This document shows positions 24,452 through 34,431 of a DNA stretch of 64,000 bases, piece by piece. Source of the DNA: an uncultured delta proteobacterium. GTDB taxonomy: Bacteria > Myxococcota_A > Polyangia > Palsa-1104. Made by a program: the position numbers and the translations under genes. Each line of letters opens with the position of its first letter. The stretch's first letter is position 1. The DNA lies in NCBI GenBank assembly GCA_963785725.1, contig CAWAWS010000014.1, positions 160,001-224,000 of the forward strand. The letters are read 5' to 3'. The notes below the pieces were generated by a model. It was not told where the DNA came from and searched no databases. It was given only the letters and a program-made list of their open reading frames with translations.

Positions 24452-25045
24452 ATGTTCGACTTCTCCCGCGAAGTGTTCATTTGCAAATGCTCCACGTCCG
24501 TCGATATCCATCAAATGGACGACGATCCGGAAGTGGCGCGCATGAAGTTCAGCCAGGGGCGCGAGTTCGATTTGGCGCGCCTGAGCGTGCAATATCACGA
24601 CGTCAATCATTTGCAGGAAATGCGCGACCGCTTGGCGCGCGGCGAATATTGGATGATCGGCGAGCTCGACGGCGAGATCGTCACCTATACCTGGCTGTTC
24701 GCCCGCGAATATTTCGAATATACCTATTTGCCCGGTTGCCGCTTCACGCTCGGCGACGACTCGGCTTACGGGTATGGCGCTTGGACGCCGAATCACTTGC
24801 GCGGCAAAGGATTACGGCGGCGCGCGTTTCTCGAGGAGCTCGATATCTTGCGGCGGTGGGGGAAACAGTGGGAGGCGAGCGTGTTCATCAAGCAGCAGAT
24901 CGAGGGCGCCAATCGTTCGTTGGCGAAAGTGGGGATCGAGATCGTCCCGCTGTGGCGCGTCGAATATGGCCGCGACAAGAAGCTGCACGCCGAGTCGCTC
25001 ACGCCCGACGAGAAATCGATTCGCCCGTTTTTCCCCGCGCCATGA
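24452..25045 (+). CDS. GNAT-family N-acyltransferase
   Basis: ELDGEIVTYTW and AWTPNHLRGKGL (RxxGxG-like motif A). Confidence 0.65.
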   Translation: MFDFSREVFICKCSTSVDIHQMDDDPEVARMKFSQGREFDLARLSVQYHDVNHLQEMRDRLARGEYWMIGELDGEIVTYTWLFAREYFEYTYLPGCRFTLGDDSAYGYGAWTPNHLRGKGLRRRAFLEELDILRRWGKQWEASVFIKQQIEGANRSLAKVGIEIVPLWRVEYGRDKKLHAESLTPDEKSIRPFFPAP

Positions 25046-27462
25046 ATCGCCTATCTCGGCAGTCGAATATCGTGGCGGCCTTCGTCGCCGCGACGCTGGC
25101 GCTCGGCTGTCGCGCGCAGCCGCCGCCCGGCTCGTCGCTGCCGCCGGCGCCGTCGACCGAGGCCCAAAGAGGCCATCCGCGCTTGTGGATCCGCGCCGAC
25201 GAATTGCCGAAACTGCGCGGCTGGGCGCGCGCCGACAATCCGACGTGGGCCGCGCTCGAGCAAGCGGCGACGCGCGCTCGTACGGTGTACGACAAAGGCA
25301 AAGTCCCGGCCGGTAGAGTCTGCACCGACGATAGCGGCGTCTATACGTGCGAAGGTTACGCCGAATTATTCGCGTTCTTGTCGCTGCTCGAGCCCGACGA
25401 AGCGCAGCGGCGCGCCGACGCCGGCCGCGCCGTCAAGCTGCTCATGGCCGTCGTAAACGAAGCGAAAAAGGGCGCGAAAGAGGGCGAATCGGTGCGCGAT
25501 CCGGCGTTCGCCGTGTCCGATCGCTCGCGCTGGAGCGGCGAAGCGTTCGCGCTCACCGCCGATTGGACTTACCCCTGGCTCACCGCCGAGCAAAAGCGCG
25601 ACGTGCGCGCCGTATTCCTGCGCTGGGCCGACGAGCTGACGCACGCCACGACGACGTCGCACAATCACCCCGAGCCGCTCGGCGTCTATGACGATCCGAA
25701 GCTGACACAAGATCGATTGAACGTTCGTTTCAGCGCCAATAATTATTTCACGGCGCATATGCGCAATATGGGAATGATGGCGCTGTCGTTCGACGCGCAA
25801 GACGATCCCGACGGAAAATTAGCCGCCTACCTCGGCAATGCGACCGGCGCGTGGCTGTATATGGTCGATGATCTATTGCGTACCGACGCCAAAGGCGGAT
25901 TACCGCCCGACGGTCTCGAATATGGCCCGCAAACGTTCGCTTATGTCGCCGAATTCTTACTCGCGTTACATAGCGCCGGCCGCGACGACGGCAAACGCGA
26001 GCCGCAAACACGCTTCGACGGCAATCCCTGGTGGAGCGACCTGATCCCGGCGTGGCTGCACTTGATGAGCCCGCGCACCGTCGAGCATCCGTGGATGGGC
26101 GCGCTGTCGCAGCCGGGGTGGTATGGCGAAGGCCAGAAGTATTGGGCCGCCGATCCGATCGATCTTTTTGCGCCGTTGGGTATTTGGGCGCGCGACACCG
26201 GCGATAGCAAACGCTACGACGCCGCGCGTTTCATCGTGCGCAACATGGCGCCGGGCGGCGCCGAGAAGTTCGACGAGCGTATCGCCAAAAACGACGATTT
26301 CCGGCAATCGATATTGTATTTCCTGTTATTCGATCCGGGCGCGCCGCCGGCCGCCGACCCGCGTCCGTCGCTGCCGAAAGCGCATTTCGCGCCCGGTTTG
26401 GGCCGGATTTACGCGCGCACGAGCTGGGACGGCGACGCCGCGACGTTCGATTACGGGCTGGGCTGGGTGGCCATCGATCATCAGCACGGCGACGGCAACG
26501 GCTTCGAATTCTATCGCCGCGGTGAATGGCTGACCAAAGAGCGCACCGGATATGGGCCCAATATCGCGTGCAGCGATTATCACGATACGCTGGCGGTCGA
26601 GAACGATAAGCCCTATCACGCCAAAGATCCGCACGACTATCGCACCATTCAATGGCAGCGCGGCTCGCAGTGGAGCGGCGATTTGAGCGACGGGCCGGGC
26701 AAATTGCTGGCGCATTCGATCGACGATAAATACGTTTATGCGTTGGGTGATGCGACGCAGCTCTACAATTCGAAGTACGAAGGTGTCGGCGATGTCGAGC
26801 GCGTCGTGCGTTCGATCGTCTGGCTGCCGTCCGATTATGTGGTCGTTTACGATCGCGCGGCGACGAAGAAGGACGGTCGCTTCAAGCGTTTCTGGCTGCA
26901 ATTGCCGGCGCCGGCGACGGTGAGCGGCAAGCGCGCGACGATGCGCACGGCCAAAGGGCAGCAGCTGTTCGTCACGACGTTGTTGCCCGCCGACGCGCAG
27001 CCGCAAGCGGAGCTGGCCGAGCCGCTGAAGGAGAACTCCGAGCCGGCCGAGCTCGATCCGATCGTCGCGCGCTTGCGCGTCGAATCGCGCGCCAAAGACG
27101 TGCGTTTCCTGCACGTTTTGCAGGGCGCCGACGCCAAAGCGGCCGCCGATGCCGTGGCGCTCGTCGACGCCGGCGGCGACTTCGTGGCCGCGGCGGTGCA
27201 CGCCAAGACGGCCGATTGCAAGTCGACCGCCGCTTGCGCCGGTCCCGTCGTCGTCGTCTTTCCGCGCGACGCCGGCGACGCGGCGGCGGTCGAGAAACTG
27301 GCGCTGGCGACGCCGCCGGGCACGCGCGCCGTGCTGTTCACCGGCCTCGTTCCCGGCGCTGAATACGCGGCCGCGCGGCAAGGCGACGGCCGCGTGCATA
27401 TCACCAAAGGTGGTGCGCAGCACGCCGACGACGGTGGCGCCTTGTGGGTCCCGCTGCCGTAA
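25042..27462 (+). CDS. Heparinase II/III-like polysaccharide lyase lipoprotein
   Basis: Lipobox LGC; HPRLW start; alpha/alpha region with EYG; ARTSW...HQHGDGNGFEFYRRGEWL motif. Confidence 0.72.
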   Translation: MNRLSRQSNIVAAFVAATLALGCRAQPPPGSSLPPAPSTEAQRGHPRLWIRADELPKLRGWARADNPTWAALEQAATRARTVYDKGKVPAGRVCTDDSGVYTCEGYAELFAFLSLLEPDEAQRRADAGRAVKLLMAVVNEAKKGAKEGESVRDPAFAVSDRSRWSGEAFALTADWTYPWLTAEQKRDVRAVFLRWADELTHATTTSHNHPEPLGVYDDPKLTQDRLNVRFSANNYFTAHMRNMGMMALSFDAQDDPDGKLAAYLGNATGAWLYMVDDLLRTDAKGGLPPDGLEYGPQTFAYVAEFLLALHSAGRDDGKREPQTRFDGNPWWSDLIPAWLHLMSPRTVEHPWMGALSQPGWYGEGQKYWAADPIDLFAPLGIWARDTGDSKRYDAARFIVRNMAPGGAEKFDERIAKNDDFRQSILYFLLFDPGAPPAADPRPSLPKAHFAPGLGRIYARTSWDGDAATFDYGLGWVAIDHQHGDGNGFEFYRRGEWLTKERTGYGPNIACSDYHDTLAVENDKPYHAKDPHDYRTIQWQRGSQWSGDLSDGPGKLLAHSIDDKYVYALGDATQLYNSKYEGVGDVERVVRSIVWLPSDYVVVYDRAATKKDGRFKRFWLQLPAPATVSGKRATMRTAKGQQLFVTTLLPADAQPQAELAEPLKENSEPAELDPIVARLRVESRAKDVRFLHVLQGADAKAAADAVALVDAGGDFVAAAVHAKTADCKSTAACAGPVVVVFPRDAGDAAAVEKLALATPPGTRAVLFTGLVPGAEYAAARQGDGRVHITKGGAQHADDGGALWVPLP

Positions 27463-27510
27463 GCGAGCGCGTATTCCGGGATTGGCGATTCGGCTTATAA
27501 TAGGGAGCCC

Positions 27511-28659
27511 ATGTCTACGAAGATCTTGTGCGTTGCCGGCGCGCGTCCCAACTTCATCAAGATCGCGCCGCTCATGCGCGTGCTCGGCGCCAATCCGCGC
27601 TTCGCCGCGCGGCTGATTCATACCGGACAGCACTATGACGCCAAGCTATCGAAGGTGTTTTTCGAAGACTTGAAGATACCAAAGCCCGATATCGAGCTGG
27701 AGATTGGCTCGGGGTCGCACGCACAGCAGACCGCGGAGATCATGAAGCGCTTCGAGAGCGTGTTGCAGACGGAGCAGCCGGAGGCGGTGCTCGTCGTCGG
27801 CGACGTCAATTCGACGATCGGCTGCGCCATCGTCACGGCGAAGTTCTTCTTGGACAAGCCGTTCAAGGCGAAGCTCGACGGTAAGATCGTCGAGCGGCGG
27901 CGACCGGTGATGATTCACGTCGAAGCCGGGCTGCGCTCCAATGACGACGACATGCCCGAAGAGATCAATCGCAAGCTGACTGACGCGATCTCGGATCTTT
28001 TGTTTGTCAGCGATCCGGCGGGTATGGAGAATCTAAAGCGCGAAGGCGTGCCCGATAGTCGCTACTTCTTTGTCGGGAACGTCATGATCGACACGCTCTT
28101 GGCGGCGCGCGAGCAGGCGATGCAGTCGCCGATTCTCGAGCAGATCAAAGTCGAGAAGAACGGCTATGTGCTGATCACGCTGCATCGACCGTCGAATGTC
28201 GATGATCCGGCGCAGTTGTCGGCGCTGTTGCGCACGATCGAGTCGGTGGCCGGCGATATGCCGCTCGTGTTTCCGGTGCATCCGCGCACGCGCCAGCGAC
28301 TGGCCGCGGCCAAGCTCGAGCCCGACGCCCGTCGCTGGCGACTCATCGAGCCGCTCGGCTATCTCGACTTCCTGAAGCTCACGGCGTCGGCGCGCATCGT
28401 GCTCACCGACTCCGGCGGCGTCCAGGAAGAGACGACGGTGCTCGGCGTTCCCTGCGTCACGTTGCGCGAAAACACCGAGCGGCCGGTGACGATCAGCGAA
28501 GGCACGAACTTCTTGGCCGGCACCGATCCGAAGTCGGTGGGCGAGCATTTCAAGAAGGCCATGGCGACGTCGACGAGCGGCCGCGTGCCGCGCTTTTGGG
28601 ACGGCAAGTCGGCCGAGCGTATCGACGCCATCTTGACCGGCATCTTCGCGGACGGTTGA
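27511..28659 (+). CDS. wecB: UDP-N-acetylglucosamine 2-epimerase (non-hydrolysing)
   Basis: GARPNFIK, HTGQHYD, HVEAGLRS, MPEEINR, LHRPSNVD, TDSGGVQEE. Confidence 0.95.
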   Translation: MSTKILCVAGARPNFIKIAPLMRVLGANPRFAARLIHTGQHYDAKLSKVFFEDLKIPKPDIELEIGSGSHAQQTAEIMKRFESVLQTEQPEAVLVVGDVNSTIGCAIVTAKFFLDKPFKAKLDGKIVERRRPVMIHVEAGLRSNDDDMPEEINRKLTDAISDLLFVSDPAGMENLKREGVPDSRYFFVGNVMIDTLLAAREQAMQSPILEQIKVEKNGYVLITLHRPSNVDDPAQLSALLRTIESVAGDMPLVFPVHPRTRQRLAAAKLEPDARRWRLIEPLGYLDFLKLTASARIVLTDSGGVQEETTVLGVPCVTLRENTERPVTISEGTNFLAGTDPKSVGEHFKKAMATSTSGRVPRFWDGKSAERIDAILTGIFADG

Positions 28660-28730
28660 GCGGTCGAGCGACTGAGCGTCGGCGACAGAGCCAAGCGACA
28701 CAAATGAGCGACTGTGAAGAGACATAAACG

Positions 28731-29783
28731 GTGAAGACGCGCGTCTATATCACCGTCGACGTCGAATGCGCCGAGGAGCGCGTCATTCGCGGTCAGCTGT
28801 GGCCGCCGCTCGGCTATGACCTGCGCGTGTGGGGCCGTTTCGCCAACCAAAAGGACGAGCTCGGCGTGCCGCTCATCATGCGCGAGCTCGAGGCCGAAGG
28901 CTTGCGCGGCACCTTCTTCGTCGAGCCTTTGGGCGCGCGCTTCTTCGGTATCGACGGGTTGTCCGCCGTCTGTCGCTCGATGCGCGCGCGTGGCCACGAC
29001 GTGCAACTGCACGCGCATCCGGTGCAGCAGCGGCCCGACTTTCGCTCCAAAGGCGGCGCCGCCCCGCCCGACGATCTGCACGCTTACTCCGTCGCCGAGC
29101 AGGCCGCGCTGCTGCAATCGGGGCTCGATATTCTCGTGGAAGCGGGCGTGCCGCGCGCCGAGTTGCGCGCCTTTCGCGCCGGCAACTTCGGCGCCGACGA
29201 GCGGACGTGGGACGCGATGGCGCGCGTCGGCCTGACGCTCAGCTCCAACCTGAACCCCAGTTATACCAAGCGCAATTGCCGCATTCCCTGGCGCGACAAT
29301 GGGCGCTTATTCGACACCGCCATAAGCAATGATAAACGCGTCTTCGAGCTGCCCGTCTCCAACTTCAGCGACGGTCACGGCGGCTTTCGCCACCTGCAGA
29401 TCATGGCCGTTTCGCTGACCGAAATGAAAGATTACCTGCGCCAGGCGCGTACGCTCGGTATCCACGAAGTCGTGCTGTTTACGCATTCTTTCGAGCTCTA
29501 TTATATCGACGACTTGGCGCGTAAACAGGCGAGCGTTAGCTATATCAATGTCGCTCGTCTGCGCGGGTTATGTCGCTTCCTGAAGGAACACAGCGACGAA
29601 TTCGAGGTCGATACGATGGGCGCCTTGGCGAAACGGCTCGCCGACGGCAGCGAAACGGCGACACCGGCGACCCCCAGCCCGTTGCCGCGCATGCGCCGCA
29701 TTCATCGTTACGGTCGTATGATCGAGCAGCTGTTCAAGCGCGTCGAATCGGGTTTCAAAGTCCAATCCCATTACTCGGAATGA
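28731..29783 (+). CDS. Polysaccharide deacetylase family protein
   Basis: ITVDVE, GTFFV, HDVQLHAHP, AFRAG, LFTHSFE. Confidence 0.8.
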   Translation: MKTRVYITVDVECAEERVIRGQLWPPLGYDLRVWGRFANQKDELGVPLIMRELEAEGLRGTFFVEPLGARFFGIDGLSAVCRSMRARGHDVQLHAHPVQQRPDFRSKGGAAPPDDLHAYSVAEQAALLQSGLDILVEAGVPRAELRAFRAGNFGADERTWDAMARVGLTLSSNLNPSYTKRNCRIPWRDNGRLFDTAISNDKRVFELPVSNFSDGHGGFRHLQIMAVSLTEMKDYLRQARTLGIHEVVLFTHSFELYYIDDLARKQASVSYINVARLRGLCRFLKEHSDEFEVDTMGALAKRLADGSETATPATPSPLPRMRRIHRYGRMIEQLFKRVESGFKVQSHYSE

Positions 29784-30940
29784 ATATGCTGAGCGACGCC
29801 AATATCATCTGCTTCGCCAAGGACTGGAGCGAAGATCCCACGAGTAACAACCACGTCATGCGGCTCTTGGCGCAGGACAACGAGGTCTTGTGGCTCAACT
29901 CGATCGCGACGCGCACGCCGAAATTGTCGAGCGGCAGCGATATGGCGAAGATTCGTCGCAAGCTCAAGAGCTTCGCCGACGGGCCGCAGCGCGTCGCCGA
30001 GCATTTGTCGGTCTTCACGCCGCTGGTCTTGCCGTTTCCTCATTCGCGGGCCGCGGTCACGCTCAATCAGCAGATCTTGCGCGCGACGACGGGCTATTTC
30101 CGGCGTCGCTTGGGAATGGGCGACTTCCAATTGTGGAGCTTCATTCCCACGGCCGTCGAATACTTCGGCAAATTGGGCGAGTCGTTTCGCGTTTATTACT
30201 GCACCGACGAATGGTCGCAGTTTTCGTATGTCGACGGCGCGCGCGTCACGGCGATGGAAGAAGAGCTGTGCCGCAAGTGCGATATCGTCTTTACGACCTC
30301 GCGCACGCTGCTGGAGAAGAAGCGGCCGTGGAATCGCGAGACGCACCTGGCTTCGCACGGCGTCGATTGGAAGCATTTCGCCAAAGCGCTGGCGCCGGAG
30401 ACGGTCGTTCCGTCGGAGATCGCGCAGCTCAAGCATCCGGTGCTGGGCTTTTTCGGGCTCGTGCAAGATTGGATCGATATCGACTTAATCGGCTGGCTGG
30501 CGCGACAAAGACCCGATTGGACGATCGTCATGATCGGCAAAGTGGCCGTCGATCATTCGCATTTGCGAGATATTCCCAATATCAAATGGCTCGGCCGTAA
30601 GCCTTATGAAGAGCTGCCCGCGTACTGCAAAGGATTCGATTTGGGACTGATTCCATTTCGCATCAACGAGCTCACGCGTAACGTCAATCCGATTAAATTG
30701 CGCGAATATCTCAGCGCGGGATTGCCGGTGGTTTCGACGCATTTACCGGAGTGCGCGCAATATCCCGAGTGGTGCACGGTGGCGGACACGCGCGAGCAGT
30801 TCTTGAGCGCCTGCGACGCGGCGCTGGCGGCGGATTCGCCCGACGCGCGGCGCGGTCGCAGCGAGCTCATGCGCGCCGAATCGTGGGAGCATAAAGTGGC
30901 GGAGCTGGGGAATCATATTCTGCGCGTCCAGCGCGGGTGA
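29780..30940 (+). CDS. Glycosyltransferase (GT4/TuaH-like)
   Basis: YYCTDEW, SHGVD, LGRKPYEELP, NPIKLREYLSAGLPVVST. Confidence 0.9.
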   Translation: MNMLSDANIICFAKDWSEDPTSNNHVMRLLAQDNEVLWLNSIATRTPKLSSGSDMAKIRRKLKSFADGPQRVAEHLSVFTPLVLPFPHSRAAVTLNQQILRATTGYFRRRLGMGDFQLWSFIPTAVEYFGKLGESFRVYYCTDEWSQFSYVDGARVTAMEEELCRKCDIVFTTSRTLLEKKRPWNRETHLASHGVDWKHFAKALAPETVVPSEIAQLKHPVLGFFGLVQDWIDIDLIGWLARQRPDWTIVMIGKVAVDHSHLRDIPNIKWLGRKPYEELPAYCKGFDLGLIPFRINELTRNVNPIKLREYLSAGLPVVSTHLPECAQYPEWCTVADTREQFLSACDAALAADSPDARRGRSELMRAESWEHKVAELGNHILRVQRG

Positions 30941-30953
30941 CCTTCGGCACTCG

Positions 30954-31549
30954 ATGTCCGACATAGCGGCGGCCTTTACGAGACATTCGGCGCGCCGCGG
31001 CCACGCCTGAAACCGCTGTCTTTCCCCGATCGCCCGGCGATTCACGTCTGGCATCATTACGCGCCTATCGTCGGTTCGGGCTGGTTTCGCGATCGCTTTT
31101 TATGTCTGTTCGCCGGCAAGCTACAGTCGCTCAACGCCTGTCTCGACGCGTGGCCCTTCTTGGTGCCAAAGCGCGCCGAGCGGCTCATTGTCGGCCGCAA
31201 CGCGCACGGCGCCATCGCCTTCGTCGACGATTTCGCGACGGCGGCGCCGCCGCTCTATGTCGTCGATCCGCTCAACGTCGATCTGCTCGGCGAGGGCGAT
31301 CTCAATCTGTTCACGTTCATCGATCAATATCTGCCCGAGAATCGCCTTCCCGCTTTCACCGACGATGAGCTCTATCGTCAGTCGCGCGCCAACGGCGTCG
31401 AGCTCGGCGATGACGAGATCTTGGCGATCGATGTGCCGCTGACGCTCGGCGGAAAAGCGGAGCTCGACAACTTTCACGTCGAGAACATCATCGAGCATTA
31501 CAAGGCGACGGGGCCGATTTACGCCAAGGGCTTCAAGAAGAAGAAGTGA
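30954..31549 (+). CDS. GAD-like/DUF1851 (Tdi1-type) immunity protein (1-bp deletion near 30975)
   Basis: Adding one T to GCCTTTACG gives MSDIAAAFYETFGAP...GSGWFRDRFL...WPFL...VGRNAHG...PLTLGGKAELDN, the pattern of this family. Confidence 0.6.
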
Positions 31550-31614
31550 TCGCGGCCGCATATTCGCGATATCAAAACCTTACTGTCGCGCGTCGATTGG
31601 AAACGAATAAGGCC

Positions 31615-31643
31615 TTGACTTCGAATGGCCGAGCTCGTACATA
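31615..31643 (+). promoter_or_regulatory. Candidate promoter of the tuf leader
   Basis: TTGACT-17 nt-TACATA (weak -10). Confidence 0.35.
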
Positions 31644-31662
31644 ACTGGATAGGTAATATTCC

Positions 31663-31810
31663 CATGACGACCCTCGCGACGATTCTCGGCGGCCACACGA
31701 TGCGCGTTCTTGCGCTCGTGGCCGCCTCGTCGCGTTCCGGCTCGCGGTCATCGTCGCACGCCAACGGCGCGTCATCGCTGGAGGATTCGGGCTCGCCCGG
31801 CTCTTTGTAA
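31663..31810 (+). CDS. Putative 48-aa Ser-rich leader peptide (uORF)
   Basis: AGGT before ATG; MTTLATILGGHTMRVLALVAASSRSGSRSSSHANGASSLEDSGSPGSL; its stop overlaps the antiterminator region. Confidence 0.6.
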
Positions 31811-31868
31811 GGATTCCCGCGAGGGAACTTTGAAAGAGGCCGGGCCCGCGAGGTCCCGGCCTTTTTTA
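31796..31868 (+). terminator. Intrinsic terminator with competing antiterminator (attenuator)
   Basis: Stem AGGCCGGGCCC-GCGA-GGTCCCGGCCT plus T-run; CCCGGCTCTTT (31796-31806) is complementary to AAAGAGGCCGGG (31833-31844) with one bulge. Confidence 0.8.
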
Positions 31869-32037
31869 TTTCCGGCTCCGAAAATCAACGATTTCCAACG
31901 GCGCGAAATGCATTCGCGCCGAATGGGATAGGTGCGTCTGCGTCCGCGATATGGCGGTCGATATCGATAACGCGATTCAAAACGAGCCGGCCCGGCTCGA
32001 TTGACGCGGAGCGAATCCGCATACGAGGAGAACGAAG

Positions 32038-33216
32038 ATGGGCAAGGTGCACCTGAATGTCGGAACCATCGGCCACGTCGACCACGGCAAGACCACGCTC
32101 ACCGCCGCGCTGACCAAAGTCATGGCGGCGCGTCACGGCGGTCGCGGGCTCGCGCTTCGACGAGATCGACCGCGCGCCCGAAGAGCGTGCGCGCGGCATC
32201 ACGATCAACCTTGCTCACGTCGAGTACGAGTCGGCGACGCGGCACTACGCGCACGTCGATTGCCCGGGGCACGCCGATTACGTGAAGAACATGATCACCG
32301 GCGCGTCGCAGATGGACGGCGCGATTCTGCTCGTCGACGGCTCGCAGGGCGCGCAGCATCAGACGCGCGAGCACGTGCTTGTTGGCCAGGCAGGTCGGCG
32401 TGCAGCGGCTGGTCGTGTTCGTGAACAAGGTCGACGTGGCCGATCCCGAGCTGCTCGATCTGGTCGTGCTCGAGGTGCAGGAGCTGCTGGCGGCGCAGGG
32501 TTACGTCGACGTCCCGATCGTGCGCGGCTCGGCGCTGCGGGCGCTGCAGGCCGTCGACGCCGGGCGCGCGAGCGACCCGTCGTGCGACTGCATCGTGCAG
32601 CTGGTCGAGGCGCTCGATCGCCATCTGCCCGATCCCGAGCGCGACTTCGCGGCGCCGTTCTTGATGCCGATCGAGGACGTCGTGACCATCCCGGGTCGTG
32701 GCACGGTCGTGACCGGCCGCGTGCAGCGCGGCGTGCTCGCCGTCGGTGCGCCGATCGAAGTGGTCGGGCTCGCCGACGGCGAGCGCCCGCGCACGGTCGT
32801 GGTGAGCGGCATTCAGTCGTTTCACCGCGACTGTCCGGCAGGCGCGCGCCGGCGACAGCGTCGGCCTGCTCTTGCGCGGCGTCGGTCGCGACGAGGTCGT
32901 GCGTGGTCAGGTCGTGACGCAGCCCGGGGTCGTCAAGCAGTTCGCGCATGGCGAGGCCGAGCTCTACGTGCTCGGGGCCAACGAAGGCGGGCGGCACACG
33001 CCGTTCGGCAGCGGTTACACGCCGCAGTTCTTCTTCGGCGCCACCGACGTCCCGGGCGCGCTCGACGTCGGCGAGGGCGCGCTCGTCCATCCGGGCGATC
33101 GCGCGCACGTGCGGTTCGCGCTGCGGCGGCCGGTCGGCATCGAGCCCGGCGTGCGCTTCGCGCTGCGTGAAGGCGGCCGCACGATCGGCGCCGGCATCAT
33201 CACCAAAGTCGGCTGA
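32038..33216 (+). CDS. tuf: Divergent elongation factor Tu paralogue (EF-Tu3-like); three +1 indels near 32155, 32380, 32832
   Basis: [70 protein letters not shown]. Confidence 0.92.
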
Positions 33217-33255
33217 ATGGAACCAAGGACAGGAGCATCGCGTCCTGCCACGTCA

Positions 33256-33287
33256 AGGCCCGCGCTCGTAAAGGCGGGCCTCCTTTG
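33256..33287. terminator. Hairpin terminator between convergent tuf and GT2 genes
   Basis: AGGCCCGC-N10-GCGGGCCT followed by CCTTTGT. Confidence 0.6.
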
Positions 33288-33295
33288 TCTGTCTG

Positions 33296-34428
33296 TTACC
33301 AGGTGATCTTCTGGCTACCGCGCACGAAGCGCCATAACCCGACCAACGCTGCGAAGTTCAGCACTAAGAACGTGCGATAGACGACGCCGGCGCGACCCGC
33401 GCGCGTCCCGGCAGCGGCCATGAGCAGCAGAAACAGCTGACCCAACGCGAAGGCGCGCATGAGCCACACGCCGTCGAGCGCGAACGCGCCCATCGACCAC
33501 GGCTGCGCCGCCCACGCCGAGGCGACGAAGAACACGAGCAACAGCCACGGGCAGACCAAACGCATCACTTTATGCGACAGCAGCTCGAACCACGACGGAT
33601 TGACGAACGGCACGAGCAAGCGCCGGCATGCGCGCGAACAGCTGATAGTTGCCGGCCAGCGTGCGCACTTTGCGGCCGAACTCGCGCTCGTCGCCGAAGG
33701 CTTCGTCGAGCGCCACGGCCTCCTCGCAAAACAGCAGTCGCCGTCGCTGCAGGCGCAGCTGCATCGGGATCCACATGTCGTCGAGGATGACGTCGGTCGG
33801 CACGTGCGGTAAGTCGCTCTTGCGAATGACGTAGATCGGGCCGGTCACACCCAACATGCTGCGAAAGCGCGCTTCCGACTTACGAATCCAGTTCTCGTAC
33901 TTCCAATAGACGCCCGCGCCGGCGCTGCTCGGCAGCGTCAGGTTTCCGGAGACACAAGCGACATTCGGATCGGCGAGGCGCGTGACCATCGCCCTCAGTG
34001 CGGTCGGCGCCAAAGGCTGTCGAATGTCAGTCAGCAGTAGGACTTCGCCTTTGGCTTCGGCGCGCATGAGGTTCAGCGCCGTCGGCTTGCCGCTGCGCGC
34101 CGGCGCGCGAATGAGCCGCACGCGCCCGTCGCTGCGCGCGACATAGTCGCTCACGATCGCTTCGCTCTCGTCCGTCGATCCATCGGACAGGATCAAGATC
34201 TCCAGCTTGTCGGCCGGATAGTCGAGCGCCAATAGACTGTCGAGCTTGGGAGCGACATAGCGGGCGGCGTTGAACACCGGAATACAGACGGTTACGGTTG
34301 GTGACCAGCGCTCGTCCGGCTGCGTGCGCAGCGGCGACAGTCGCGCCAACAGGGCGACGACGATCGGATAAGCGACATAAGTATAAATCAGGAGACTGAA
34401 GGCGATCAGCGCGATCGCGGATCGCCAC
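33296..34428 (-). CDS. Membrane-anchored glycosyltransferase family 2 (indels near 34420 and 33620)
   Basis: YTYVAYP, SDGSTD, GKPTALN, TDIRQ, YWKYE, ILDD, RKVRTLAGNYQL, SHKVMRL. Confidence 0.88.
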
Positions 34429-34431
34429 GGC

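Noticed and set aside
30938..31160. In-frame TGA read-through (or selenocysteine) fusing the GT to the downstream immunity-like frame
   Set aside because: An ATG at 30954 plus one missing T in a T-run gives a normal N-terminus; no SECIS-like context was seen
32038..33216. SelB or another translational GTPase
   Set aside because: About 391 aa with EF-Tu domain 2/3 motifs and no SelB C-terminal extension
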